A DNA stretch of 64,000 nucleotides from Syntrophaceae bacterium (GTDB lineage: Bacteria > Desulfobacterota > Syntrophia > Syntrophales > UBA2185), in the NCBI GenBank assembly GCA_003153775.1, contig PMBI01000094.1, positions 70,959 through 134,958 of the forward strand, in the 5' to 3' direction. The notes beneath the pieces were generated by a model. The model saw only the letters and a list, made by a program, of their open reading frames with translations, was not told the DNA's origin and did not search any database. Shown here piece by piece: positions 46,150-54,485 of the stretch (position 1 is its first letter; each line of letters begins with the position of its first letter). Both the position numbers and the translations under genes were made by a program.

Positions 46150-47520
46150 CTAAGGCTCGATGTCAATGCCTCGGGCGAGGTTTTCAAAACGGGCATACTT
46201 GTCCTGAAATGCCAGCTTGACCATGCCCGTCGGTCCGTTTCTTTGCTTGCCGATAATTATCTCGGCCATGCCTTTTTCAGAATTCTCCTCGGACTTCTCA
46301 TAGACTTCATCTCTGTAAATAAAGGCAATCAAGTCTGCATCCTGTTCAATGGCCCCCGAGTCCCTCAGGTCCGCCATTTGAGGCCGCTTATTGGTTCTGT
46401 CTTCCAGTTTCCTGTTCAACTGGGAAAGCGCAACGACGGGGACATTAAGCTCCTTCGCAAGGGCTTTCAGAGAACGGCTGATTTCTGATATCTCCTGCTC
46501 CCGTGATTCCCTGTAGCCGCCGCTTCTCATGAGTTGGAGATAGTCCAGTATGATCAGGCCGAGGTCTACGGTAGATTTCAGGCGTCGCGCCTTTGCCTTC
46601 ATTTCCAATGCCGTAATTGCTGACGAATCATCGATGAATATCTGCGCCTCGGAAAGCCTTCCCGCGGCGGAGATCAGCCTCGGCCAATCGGCCTCTCCAA
46701 GGAATCCTCTCCTGATTCTCTGCGAATCGACCTTTGATTCCGAGGAAAGCATGCGGAGGGCAAGCTGCTCTTTTGACATTTCGAGAGAGAAAATAGCAAC
46801 GGCGACATTGGCTTCGAGAGCTGCATATTGCGCGATATTGAGAGCAAAAGCCGTTTTCCCCATGCTGGGACGGCCTGCAATTATTATTAAATCGGATTTT
46901 TGCAGCCCGGACGTAATGTCGTCTATCTTTTCAAATCCGGTCGGAACGCCGGTTACAAGCTCTTTCCTCTCATAAAGCTTTTCGATGGTCTTGACGCTTT
47001 CCTTGATGATGTCTTTAAAAGGGCTGAAGGCAGGCCTTATCTTATTTTCCGATATATCGAATATCGCGCGTTCAGCTTCGTCGAGAACCGTATCGATGTC
47101 CGTACCTGCATTATAACTCTTGCTCAGGATGTCCGTTGCCGTGCCGATCAAGCTGCGTAAAATTGACTTTTCTTTTACGATTTTGGAATAGTGATCTATA
47201 TTGGCTGCTGAAGGCACATTATCCGCGAGGGAAGATAGGTAAGATGCTCCCCCTGTCTGATCGAGTTGATTTTTGCTCTTCAGTATGTTGCTCAGTGTGA
47301 TGAGATCGCTTGGCTCATTTCTGTCGTAGAGCTCTATAATGGCGGCGAATATTTTGCGATGAGCCTCGCTGTAAAAATCCTCGACATGAAGCACTTCCAG
47401 AACGCTGTTCAGGGCCTGGTTATCGAGGAGGACTCCTCCTATAACGGACTGCTCTGCTTCAAGATTCTGGGGCGGTACCCTATGCAATGAGGTGTCGATA
47501 TCTTTCGTGGGCTGCTTCAC
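46150..47520 (-). CDS. dnaB: Replicative DNA helicase
   Basis: 456 aa. PPQNLEAEQSVIGGVLL N-domain, Walker A GRPSMGKTAF. 4-nt overlap with rplI. Confidence 0.95.
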   Translation of the reverse strand: MKQPTKDIDTSLHRVPPQNLEAEQSVIGGVLLDNQALNSVLEVLHVEDFYSEAHRKIFAAIIELYDRNEPSDLITLSNILKSKNQLDQTGGASYLSSLADNVPSAANIDHYSKIVKEKSILRSLIGTATDILSKSYNAGTDIDTVLDEAERAIFDISENKIRPAFSPFKDIIKESVKTIEKLYERKELVTGVPTGFEKIDDITSGLQKSDLIIIAGRPSMGKTAFALNIAQYAALEANVAVAIFSLEMSKEQLALRMLSSESKVDSQRIRRGFLGEADWPRLISAAGRLSEAQIFIDDSSAITALEMKAKARRLKSTVDLGLIILDYLQLMRSGGYRESREQEISEISRSLKALAKELNVPVVALSQLNRKLEDRTNKRPQMADLRDSGAIEQDADLIAFIYRDEVYEKSEENSEKGMAEIIIGKQRNGPTGMVKLAFQDKYARFENLARGIDIEP

Positions 47521-47963
47521 GCTTCACCAATGACAGTTATTTTTATCTCCGTCATTACCCCCGGCTGAAGTTTGATCTTCACCGGGAATTCGCCGGGAGT
47601 TTTAATAGGTTCTTCAAGGATTATCATTTTTCTATCAATCTCTATACCCAGCTCCTGGAGGGATTGTTCTATATCTTTTGTGGTGACTGATCCGAATAAC
47701 TTATCCTGTTCCCCTACGCGCCGGGTAAGGCTCAGTGTCACTCCTGCGAGCCTCTCAATCATTACCTCTGCCTTTTTCTTTTCAGTTTCGAGCTTCTTCA
47801 TTATTTGCATTTTTTCATTTTCCAGAGTCTTGAGAGACCAATTGCTTGCCTCCACTGCGAGCCCCTTGGGAATCAGATAGTTCCTTGCATAACCATCGGC
47901 AACCTTCACGGCATCTCCTGCTTTTCCTAAAGAATCAACATTCTGCTTCAATATGACCTTCAT
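47517..47963 (-). CDS. rplI: 50S ribosomal protein L9
   Basis: MKVILKQNVDSLGKAGDAVKVADGYARNYLIPKGLA. Confidence 0.95.
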   Translation of the reverse strand: MKVILKQNVDSLGKAGDAVKVADGYARNYLIPKGLAVEASNWSLKTLENEKMQIMKKLETEKKKAEVMIERLAGVTLSLTRRVGEQDKLFGSVTTKDIEQSLQELGIEIDRKMIILEEPIKTPGEFPVKIKLQPGVMTEIKITVIGEA

Positions 47964-47982
47964 ACACTCTCCTCGTAAAATC

Positions 47983-48100
47983 TGAATTCGGTAGCGCGCG
48001 CATTCCCCGCGCCTCGGCGGGGTAAGCGAACGAATGACAAATTACTACTCCTTAAGAATCGAAGCTTCTCCGCAGCTTGCTGAGGAGAGCTTCAATTTCA
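47983..48100 (+). repeat. Dispersed intergenic repeat, copy B (hairpin 48061-48093), with about a 30-nt GC-rich insertion
   Basis: Same blocks and order as 27261..27348. The extra segment CGCGCATTCCCCGCGCCTCGGCGGGGTA contains its own CCCCGC/GCGGGG hairpin. Confidence 0.7.
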
Positions 48101-48316
48101 CTATTTAAGTCGTAAGCGAAAGAAAAGAGGCCCGGCAACTGGAACTAACCGGCATCCCTTTGGGCGTGCTATGCAACTCTTTCTTTCAGTTAATCCCCGC
48201 ACACCGGGCGGGATCTATGCTCCATGCGGCCTCTATCTCTCGCGAAGCCCGCCATTCTTAATCCCTGTACATCTCTTCTGCGTAGATCACTAACTATAGA
48301 TTTTTCATAATCCCGG

Positions 48317-49321
48317 TTAAGGGGTGGAGGATGTTGCCGGTTTAATAAATTTTCTAAAATCAACCCACAGATCAAAGACTCCCACGAAAGCTATCAGCAG
48401 GATTATATATTGTTGGGCAAAAATAAGGCAATAAGAAAGTATCCTGAAAGATCTGTGAACATTTCTTGTCTTGAATAAAAAACTTATGATTGACAGACCC
48501 TGGAGGAAGTATACAAACAGACAAACGATTACGAGATTGAGGCTTATGATCCTTGCCAATGAAACAGGGACTAAAAGCGATCCCCCGGCGGCAATGAGAA
48601 GCCAGATCAGCCGGTCCGGAGCCCTCCAGCGCGAAAGATCTCCGAAATCGGGATTCCACATTCCGGTTCTTTGAAATATCTCTCTTGCGGCCAGTATATT
48701 GAGCCACACTATGAAAGAGGCGCTTACCAGGACAAGAGCAGGGAATATATTTGCAAAGAAGCTCGTTATCTGTTTAAAATTATCCTTGAGAAGATCTATC
48801 TGTTCCGCCGGTATATCCAATTGAGCGTATAATTGAATGCTTTCCTGGATATTTCTCCCGATGTAATCCTCAACCAGATGCCAGGGTTCTACCCCTGCGG
48901 AAAGGCTTTCAAAGACAATAAAAGAGCACCATAGCAGCAAGATCACCGTCACAGGGTAAACGACAGTTTTTTCGATGGAGTATTTCCTGTGAAAAATTTC
49001 TGAAAGAATGATTCCTAAGAATCCCGTTATAAGTATGAATGGCAGATTTGCAGCGGAACCGGAAAATGTCAGCACTACGGCGACCAGAAAAAAGGATATG
49101 AGGAATATTGCCGATCCCTGTATCCTGCCCGTTTTGGAATAATAATAAATAATCGGCAGCGGTGTCAGGATAAAAAAGAAAGCACCCAGCATAGGAATGA
49201 GCGAGGCAGCAAGAAAGGCCAGGGAGGATACGGCTATACCCGTGAAAAAGATATTCTTAAAAAATGCACCCCTTTCCTTGCTCAAAGTCTGAATCCGCTG
49301 ATCTTGACCTGATGCGGCCAT
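48317..49321 (-). CDS. Polytopic membrane protein, DUF2232/YybS-like
   Basis: 334 aa, about 8-10 TM helices. Its position between rpsR and rplI mirrors yybS in Firmicutes. Family call is from context and topology only. Confidence 0.55.
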   Translation of the reverse strand: MAASGQDQRIQTLSKERGAFFKNIFFTGIAVSSLAFLAASLIPMLGAFFFILTPLPIIYYYSKTGRIQGSAIFLISFFLVAVVLTFSGSAANLPFILITGFLGIILSEIFHRKYSIEKTVVYPVTVILLLWCSFIVFESLSAGVEPWHLVEDYIGRNIQESIQLYAQLDIPAEQIDLLKDNFKQITSFFANIFPALVLVSASFIVWLNILAAREIFQRTGMWNPDFGDLSRWRAPDRLIWLLIAAGGSLLVPVSLARIISLNLVIVCLFVYFLQGLSIISFLFKTRNVHRSFRILSYCLIFAQQYIILLIAFVGVFDLWVDFRKFIKPATSSTP

Positions 49322-49335
49322 CTTCCAATTTCATA

Positions 49336-49614
49336 TTACCATTCGGAGACAACAAAGGGCAACAGGGCTATGGTCCTCGCCCTTTTTATAGCCACGGTAA
49401 CTTCCCTCTGATGTTTGGCGCAATTTCCAGTAATTCTTCTGGGTATGATCTTGCCCCTGTCAGTTATATAGTCCTTGAGGACAAGGGGCTCTTTGTATTC
49501 AATTCTTATCTCTGAGTCCGTACAAAAGCGACAAAATTTTCTCTTGTGATAAAATTTCTTCTGCGGCCTTGAATCCGTCCTTGGTGTCCTTGTATCTCTT
49601 GATGGTGTTGGCAT
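49336..49614 (-). CDS. rpsR: 30S ribosomal protein S18
   Basis: KFCRFC...[41 protein letters not shown]. Confidence 0.95.
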   Translation of the reverse strand: MPTPSRDTRTPRTDSRPQKKFYHKRKFCRFCTDSEIRIEYKEPLVLKDYITDRGKIIPRRITGNCAKHQREVTVAIKRARTIALLPFVVSEW

Positions 49615-49652
49615 TTGTTATACTTATTCCCTCCGTTTCTGTATATCGATGT

Positions 49653-50093
49653 TTATGCGGGTTCTGATGGTACAGAGTCGTCTTTGTTCGCAACGGTCTC
49701 GGTCTTCGGTCCGGCGCTTTCCCGGCTTTCAAAAACCAGCGCCGCACGCGGTGCTTCAGGCTTATCTGCTTCTTGCCTTTCTTTCTCTATCGCCGCGAGG
49801 TCAACGTTGCTGTCCTTCATTATTGTCATGAATTTAAGGATCTTGTCATCGATCTTGAAATTTCTTTCCAGTTCATCGATGATGGCGCTCTTGCCTGCGA
49901 AATCAATCAGGATATAGTTGCCGTTTGATTGCTTCTTAATTTCGTAAGCTAATCTTCTTTTGCCCCATTTTTCGACTTTGATGACGGTGCCTTTAAGGGC
50001 CGTTACGATTGCTCTGTATCGTTCGATAATACTGTTGATCTCATCGATGGGAAGGTCGATTTGGACAATAAACAGGGTTTCGTATCTTTTCAA
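49653..50093 (-). CDS. rpsF: 30S ribosomal protein S6
   Basis: MKRYETLFIVQIDL...KWGKRRLAYEI with an acidic tail. TTG start with GGAGG 7 nt upstream. Confidence 0.9.
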   Translation of the reverse strand: MKRYETLFIVQIDLPIDEINSIIERYRAIVTALKGTVIKVEKWGKRRLAYEIKKQSNGNYILIDFAGKSAIIDELERNFKIDDKILKFMTIMKDSNVDLAAIEKERQEADKPEAPRAALVFESRESAGPKTETVANKDDSVPSEPA

Positions 50094-50194
50094 CTTTCTA
50101 CCTCCTCATGGCTCTGAAGTCCGAACTGTCTGTCCGAACAAGGAGTCCTGCGTATTAAGATTTTTTGAGTGGATTTGGTTTGTATAATATTATT

Positions 50195-50258
50195 CTTAAG
50201 AAATCAAGATTTTTTATACAGAGGTTAGAGTACACCATCTCATCAGCTTTTTCAATCA
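50195..50258 (+). repeat. Possible degenerate third copy of the dispersed repeat
   Basis: CTTAAGAAATCAAGATTTT ... AGCTTTTTCAATCAA resembles CTTAAGAATCGAAGATTTT ... AGCTTCAATATCAA of copy A. The interior differs. Confidence 0.3.
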
Positions 50259-50427
50259 AAGAGACCATAGGTCATGTAAACAAACGGTGAATTCTTACGG
50301 TGCGATAACAACCAGCCTGAAATGGTTGTAAGTGACGAGAGAAAACGAATCCCACTTGGGAAAGGATGAAAAAAGAGTCGCCTGGCTGATGACCAAGTAG
50401 GTTTGTCTAAGAAGAATGATTCTCGCC

Positions 50428-50940
50428 CTACTTAAAAAATCGGAGCCAAGAGTTCTTAGCAGGACAAAACTCTTCTATCCATTTAGCAGGGAGTTCATCT
50501 GGTCCGTAATATTGCCACTCATTGTTACCAGCAATTGAGACGCCCATGACGTGACCGGATGCATCACGATCTATAAATTTAAGAAAACGAATGCCCTTGT
50601 CAGTACAGTTTACCTCAGTAAAAAATAAGGTCTCTTTATAATTTTCGTATCCCTTCGTGGATTTTGATAATTTTTCCCTTTCCTTTATTCTGGCTTTTCG
50701 AGCTGTTTCCGATCTCGCTACTTTTTTGAGCCACACCCTGATTCTATCTTTTGAAGGCTGAGTAACATTTTTCTTATCATAATAAATGTCATAATCTGCA
50801 TTTTCAAATAAATGGTTTACGTCAAAATGGCCGGAATGTAGGAATACCCAATCGCCATTTTCTTCAGTATCAGCCTTATGACATCCAAACGTCATCAGGA
50901 TGATCATTATCATTGCAAGACTACATATAACGTGCTTCAT
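50428..50940 (-). CDS. Lipoprotein with surface-adhesin-protein-E-like domain pattern
   Basis: Start MKHVICSLAMIMIILMTFGC (lipobox). The W..F....D..YYD......IRVW.K....Y....EVNC....IR.L......G.......EWQYYGP......EEFC spacing resembles the Adhesin_E-type fold as I remember it. Confidence 0.55.
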   Translation of the reverse strand: MKHVICSLAMIMIILMTFGCHKADTEENGDWVFLHSGHFDVNHLFENADYDIYYDKKNVTQPSKDRIRVWLKKVARSETARKARIKEREKLSKSTKGYENYKETLFFTEVNCTDKGIRFLKFIDRDASGHVMGVSIAGNNEWQYYGPDELPAKWIEEFCPAKNSWLRFFK

Positions 50941-51271
50941 AACAGGACATCCGCTCCTCGCATTTACACATCGATACTCTGCCAACCATTGCGATTCTCT
51001 CTGTCATGTTTGCAGCAGCAAATAGAAAATAAAAACCTTCTGCATAACAACGTGTTATCATGATATTCGGCAGTTTCGCCCAAATGCTTTAATGTCATAG
51101 CAGCCACAGGAAGCCTTCTTTTAAAATCTATAAATTTTATCTCTTTAGGTGCAAGGGCTGATGTCCTTCCGCACAAGGGGCCGTAGGGAGCCTAACCGCA
51201 AGAGGGCTTTCGTTTATGTATTTTCCCAAGCTCTTTCGCTTTAGCTTGGGATAAAGATTCTCGAGGCTCTC

Positions 51272-52135
51272 TTATTTTTTCATGAAATAAACTGCAAAAC
51301 CAACAAGAAAAACAGAGGCTATACATTGAATGATAACAAAAAGTCTGACCGTTGGAGTGTTAGGTAGAATATCACCATAGCCTACAGTTGTTTGGGTAAT
51401 TGTACTGAAATAAAGAAAATCTATCCAATTCCACATTTTTTTAGAGCCATAAAGTTGATTGGCGAGAAAGACATCAATCACATCAATTTCTGTCTCTAAA
51501 TAACTTTTATAATCCGCTATCAATGATTTAAAATCTTGTATGGTTTCTGGAATAGCGTATTTTTTACCAAGCAGAGTACTTGCGAATAGGCGGTAAGTTG
51601 ATTCTGAATTTTCAGGTATTTTCTTGCCATATACCCTGTACCTGCCGTCAATACCTACTACAACCGTGGGAGGAGATAAAATTAAATCTGGAATATTTAT
51701 CCTCGTAATATTTTGACCAGATCTTATAGTTAAATAGAAAATTGAATCCGGCGAGTCCTTAGCACTTGTCACTATCACTCCGGGTGGATATCTACAAGTA
51801 AGCATATAATAGCCATCCGACGCTAAAATTTTCAAACTATCAGAATTTTTTACCGGTGCAGAATATTCGGTCAGGTCCAAAATGGGTTTGACAATTTCGA
51901 TATCTTTTAGAAGTGTTTCTTTGTCTTGACCTTTTTTAGTCAACAGATTTTTGAATTCTTCATCATTCATTTGTTTTCTTATTTCGCGTATCTCATTATG
52001 AAATGTAAAATTGCGGGGATCAGAATCGTATAAGATGTAATATATTATTGAAAATATGAGGATACTTAAGAGATAAGAACCAAATAGTAGAAATGGTATT
52101 TTATGCTTTCGATACTTAAGAACTAAATAGGACAT
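51272..52135 (-). CDS. K+-channel-like protein (TM1 - about 200-aa insert - pore TTVGYGD - TM2)
   Basis: 287 aa. TM1 about aa 13-35 (IPFLLFGSYLLSILIFSIIYYIL). Pore helix and filter WIDFLYFSTITQTTVGYGD (aa 237-255). TM2 about aa 262-284. Confidence 0.7.
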   Translation of the reverse strand: MSYLVLKYRKHKIPFLLFGSYLLSILIFSIIYYILYDSDPRNFTFHNEIREIRKQMNDEEFKNLLTKKGQDKETLLKDIEIVKPILDLTEYSAPVKNSDSLKILASDGYYMLTCRYPPGVIVTSAKDSPDSIFYLTIRSGQNITRINIPDLILSPPTVVVGIDGRYRVYGKKIPENSESTYRLFASTLLGKKYAIPETIQDFKSLIADYKSYLETEIDVIDVFLANQLYGSKKMWNWIDFLYFSTITQTTVGYGDILPNTPTVRLFVIIQCIASVFLVGFAVYFMKK

Positions 52136-52168
52136 GAATTTCCTAATAGATTTGAGACATGTTCGATT

Positions 52169-52203
52169 TTATTTTTTAGGCTTCTTCTCTTGCTTTTTAA
52201 GCC
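52169..52203 (-). repeat. Short repeated gene-tail remnant (copy 1)
   Basis: The minus strand reads ..TGGCTTAAAAAGCAAGAGAAGAAGCCTAAAAAATAA (..WLKKQEKKPKK*). Homologous to 52485..52519. Confidence 0.55.
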
Positions 52204-52238
52204 ATCTTGATGCGGCAAAGGTTGTCTGCTCACGTTTT

Positions 52239-52427
52239 TTAAAATAGATTGATTGTCCATTTTGCAATGTAGAATAGAATGGTTAGCGTAATAGTTGTAA
52301 GGATTGCTTCAATGATAAAAATTCGTATGCTGAAAGTCAGCTTTTTTTCGGCATCACCGACATTCGTATAGAATTGACGACCGAGTGAAACTAAAATTGC
52401 GATGGCAATTATCCAGAAGATTGCCAT
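52239..52427 (-). CDS. 62-aa two-TM membrane protein
   Basis: AGGAGG RBS 9 nt upstream. Two hydrophobic helices separated by GRQFYTNVGDAEKKL. Confidence 0.55.
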   Translation of the reverse strand: MAIFWIIAIAILVSLGRQFYTNVGDAEKKLTFSIRIFIIEAILTTITLTILFYIAKWTINLF

Positions 52428-52484
52428 GCTCTTTGACCTCCTATGATGTCTTGCGCGACTGTTATTTTGAAGCGTGTTTTGGGC

Positions 52485-52519
52485 TTACTTCTTTGGTTTC
52501 TTCTCTTGCTTCTTAAGAC
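52485..52519 (-). repeat. Short repeated gene-tail remnant (copy 2)
   Basis: The minus strand reads ..GGTCTTAAGAAGCAAGAGAAGAAACCAAAGAAGTAA (..GLKKQEKKPKK*), preceded by an in-frame TAA two codons upstream of HSRG. Confidence 0.55.
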
Positions 52520-52554
52520 CCCTGGAATGTTATTCATCGTGGCTTCGTTTAGGC

Positions 52555-52824
52555 CTACTGGGGCTCAATATCACTAAGCTTGCGAATCTTGGTTCTGAGT
52601 TCATCCGTCTCTTTTTTGTGGTCTTTTTTAATTTCAGAGATTTGACCACTATGAGCGTCGTTTACGGTATTAAGTTTAGACCGGAGATAATTTTGCTCAT
52701 CCTCAGACTTCTTCAACCTATAGGAGAGTACTCTACATTGAAGAACCAACCCAAGCACGAGGAGGGTTAGACTGACAATCAATATACAGGTTGCGTATTC
52801 AGGCATGTATATAGGAGCAATCAT
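52555..52824 (-). CDS. 89-aa protein: N-terminal TM helix plus charged coiled-coil tail
   Basis: ILIVSLTLLVLGLVL then a K/E-rich heptad-like sequence. No clear RBS. Confidence 0.4.
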   Translation of the reverse strand: MIAPIYMPEYATCILIVSLTLLVLGLVLQCRVLSYRLKKSEDEQNYLRSKLNTVNDAHSGQISEIKKDHKKETDELRTKIRKLSDIEPQ

Positions 52825-53134
52825 ATATGAAAACCAAGCAAGTAATTTGTTTTAGAAGATGAAGTTATCCGCATTAACAAATAGGTAAAGACTATTATCA
52901 GGTTCTCTTCTTTTCGTACTTTTTCAAGAGGTCTTTAATAGCTTCTTCTAAGAGGTCGTTTTGGCGCTTGTCAGTCTCAATGGAAAGACATCTCGATGAT
53001 GGTATTTTTGCTTTGCAGTTCTTACGTTCTCTTTTCCATGTGGCCCTATTTTATCATGTATTTACAATAACTCCAAATCTAAAATAACCAATGGTTGACA
53101 ATCGATCAGGATATTTCTTGTTGAAATTAAATTA

Positions 53135-53211
53135 TGGCGGGCGATCCGGGACTTGAACCCGGGGCCTCTGGTTCCGGAGACCAGCGCTCTATCCAACTGA
53201 GCTAATCGCCC
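53135..53211 (-). tRNA. tRNA-Arg (anticodon CCG)
   Basis: Hand-folded: acceptor GGGCGAT/ATCGCCC, D stem GCTC/GAGC, anticodon stem CTGGT/ACCAG with loop CT-CCG-GA, T arm CCGGG-TTCAAGT-CCCGG, encoded CCA. Confidence 0.9.
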
Positions 53212-53321
53212 GATGTGCGGGGACTTAATTATCGGCGCAGAGTCGATGCAAGTGAGATGTGTCCATATACCTTATGGCTCACATACTCTACTGCCCTCTC
53301 AGCATCTACATTTCTTGTTAG

Positions 53322-54191
53322 TTACCGAGATAGTGAAAGCTCCGCTAATATCTTCTTTACCGGATGGCTCTTGTTCATGCAGTAAAGGTGGAGACCGGCT
53401 ATTTCATTCTTTATCAGATTATCGATCTGAATAATTGCGTATTCTATTCCATATTTTTCAACCTCTTGCGGCTTGTCCTTGTTCAGCTCCACCTTCTCAC
53501 GCAGCCGGGGAGGTATCCTGACACCGGCAAGAGTTGCGATCCTTATGATCTGACTATAGTTCAGGATGGGAAAAATTCCGGGCAACATGGGGATGTGAAT
53601 GCCGAGCGCTATTGCCTGATCCCGGAAATTGTAAAAAGCGTCATTATCGAAGAATAGCTGGGTAATAATAAAATCCGCCCCTGCATCTACCTTACGCTTC
53701 AGATTAATCATATCTGCCTTCAGGCTGGGCGCCTCGATATGCCCTTCCGGATAGCCCGCCACTCCCACTGAGAAATTATTACGTGCTTTAATGAACTGTA
53801 CGAGTTCGTTTGCATACTCAAATCCACCCGCTGTTTTTATGAATCTCTCCGTGCCTTCGGGCGGGTCGCCCCGCAGGGCAAGGATGTTCTCAACATTTTC
53901 CTCCTTCAGCAGTTCGAGAATGACTGCTATGTCATCTTTTGTGGACTGCACGCAGGTTAAATGGGCCAGTACTTCGAGATTAAATCCGTTCTTGACCCTC
54001 GAGGAGATCTCTATGGTTTTCTCCCTCGTGCCTCCTCCCGCTCCATAGGTTACAGAGATGAAATCAGGCTTCAACTCTCCGAGCTCCGTAATCGTCACAT
54101 AGAGGTTTTCAAGATTGCCTTCCCTCTTGGGCGGGAAGACCTCAAAGGAAAGAATAAATTTCTTTTGATAAAAGAGGTTATTAATTTTCAT
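53322..54191 (-). CDS. metF: Methylenetetrahydrofolate reductase
   Basis: 289 aa. FSFEVFPPK...FISVTYGAGGGTR...LTC...ALRGDPP MTHFR motifs. Confidence 0.9.
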   Translation of the reverse strand: MKINNLFYQKKFILSFEVFPPKREGNLENLYVTITELGELKPDFISVTYGAGGGTREKTIEISSRVKNGFNLEVLAHLTCVQSTKDDIAVILELLKEENVENILALRGDPPEGTERFIKTAGGFEYANELVQFIKARNNFSVGVAGYPEGHIEAPSLKADMINLKRKVDAGADFIITQLFFDNDAFYNFRDQAIALGIHIPMLPGIFPILNYSQIIRIATLAGVRIPPRLREKVELNKDKPQEVEKYGIEYAIIQIDNLIKNEIAGLHLYCMNKSHPVKKILAELSLSR

Positions 54192-54456
54192 GGATCGGCT
54201 CCCGTAAACGTGCTTGGGAAAATGTCATCATGAGAAGAAATTGTCAATATATTTTATGTTTCTGGAGGCGTTACGGAATTCGCCTGGGTGAATGCGGGTC
54301 CCGCCGTTGGATGCGTTTTAATCTCTTCTTGTGCTTGGGCATCTTCATCTTGCACGGACATACATGGAGTCCGTTGGAGTCAGGGCTCTGTGACATGCGA
54401 GTTTCTGCGGTTTTGTCTTACAAGATTCCGAATCCGGTAGAGTCACCATAAGGGCA

Positions 54457-54485
54457 TTGAAATCATATGATAAATCTGATAGATT
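54457..54485 (+). promoter_or_regulatory. Candidate sigma-70 promoter of the amidase operon
   Basis: TTGAAA, 17-nt spacer, TAGATT. Confidence 0.35.

Noticed and set aside
51146-51196. Integron attC-like core sequences (GCCTAAC at 51190-96, TTTAGGT at 51145-51) and cassette-like same-strand small ORFs in the AT-rich islet
   Set aside because: The order found is GTTRRRY-like followed by RYYYAAC, which is the reverse of a real attC (R'' first, R' last) on either strand. The pair is only about 50 nt apart. Comparable sites are missing after the other ORFs. No intI or attI is present.
50428-52824. Prophage lysis cassette (62-aa two-TM holin-like, 89-aa TM + coiled-coil i-spanin-like, lipoprotein o-spanin-like)
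   Set aside because: There is no endolysin and no other phage gene. The lipoprotein is far larger than o-spanins and has a different domain pattern. The gene order is interrupted by a channel-like gene. The resemblance is only topological.
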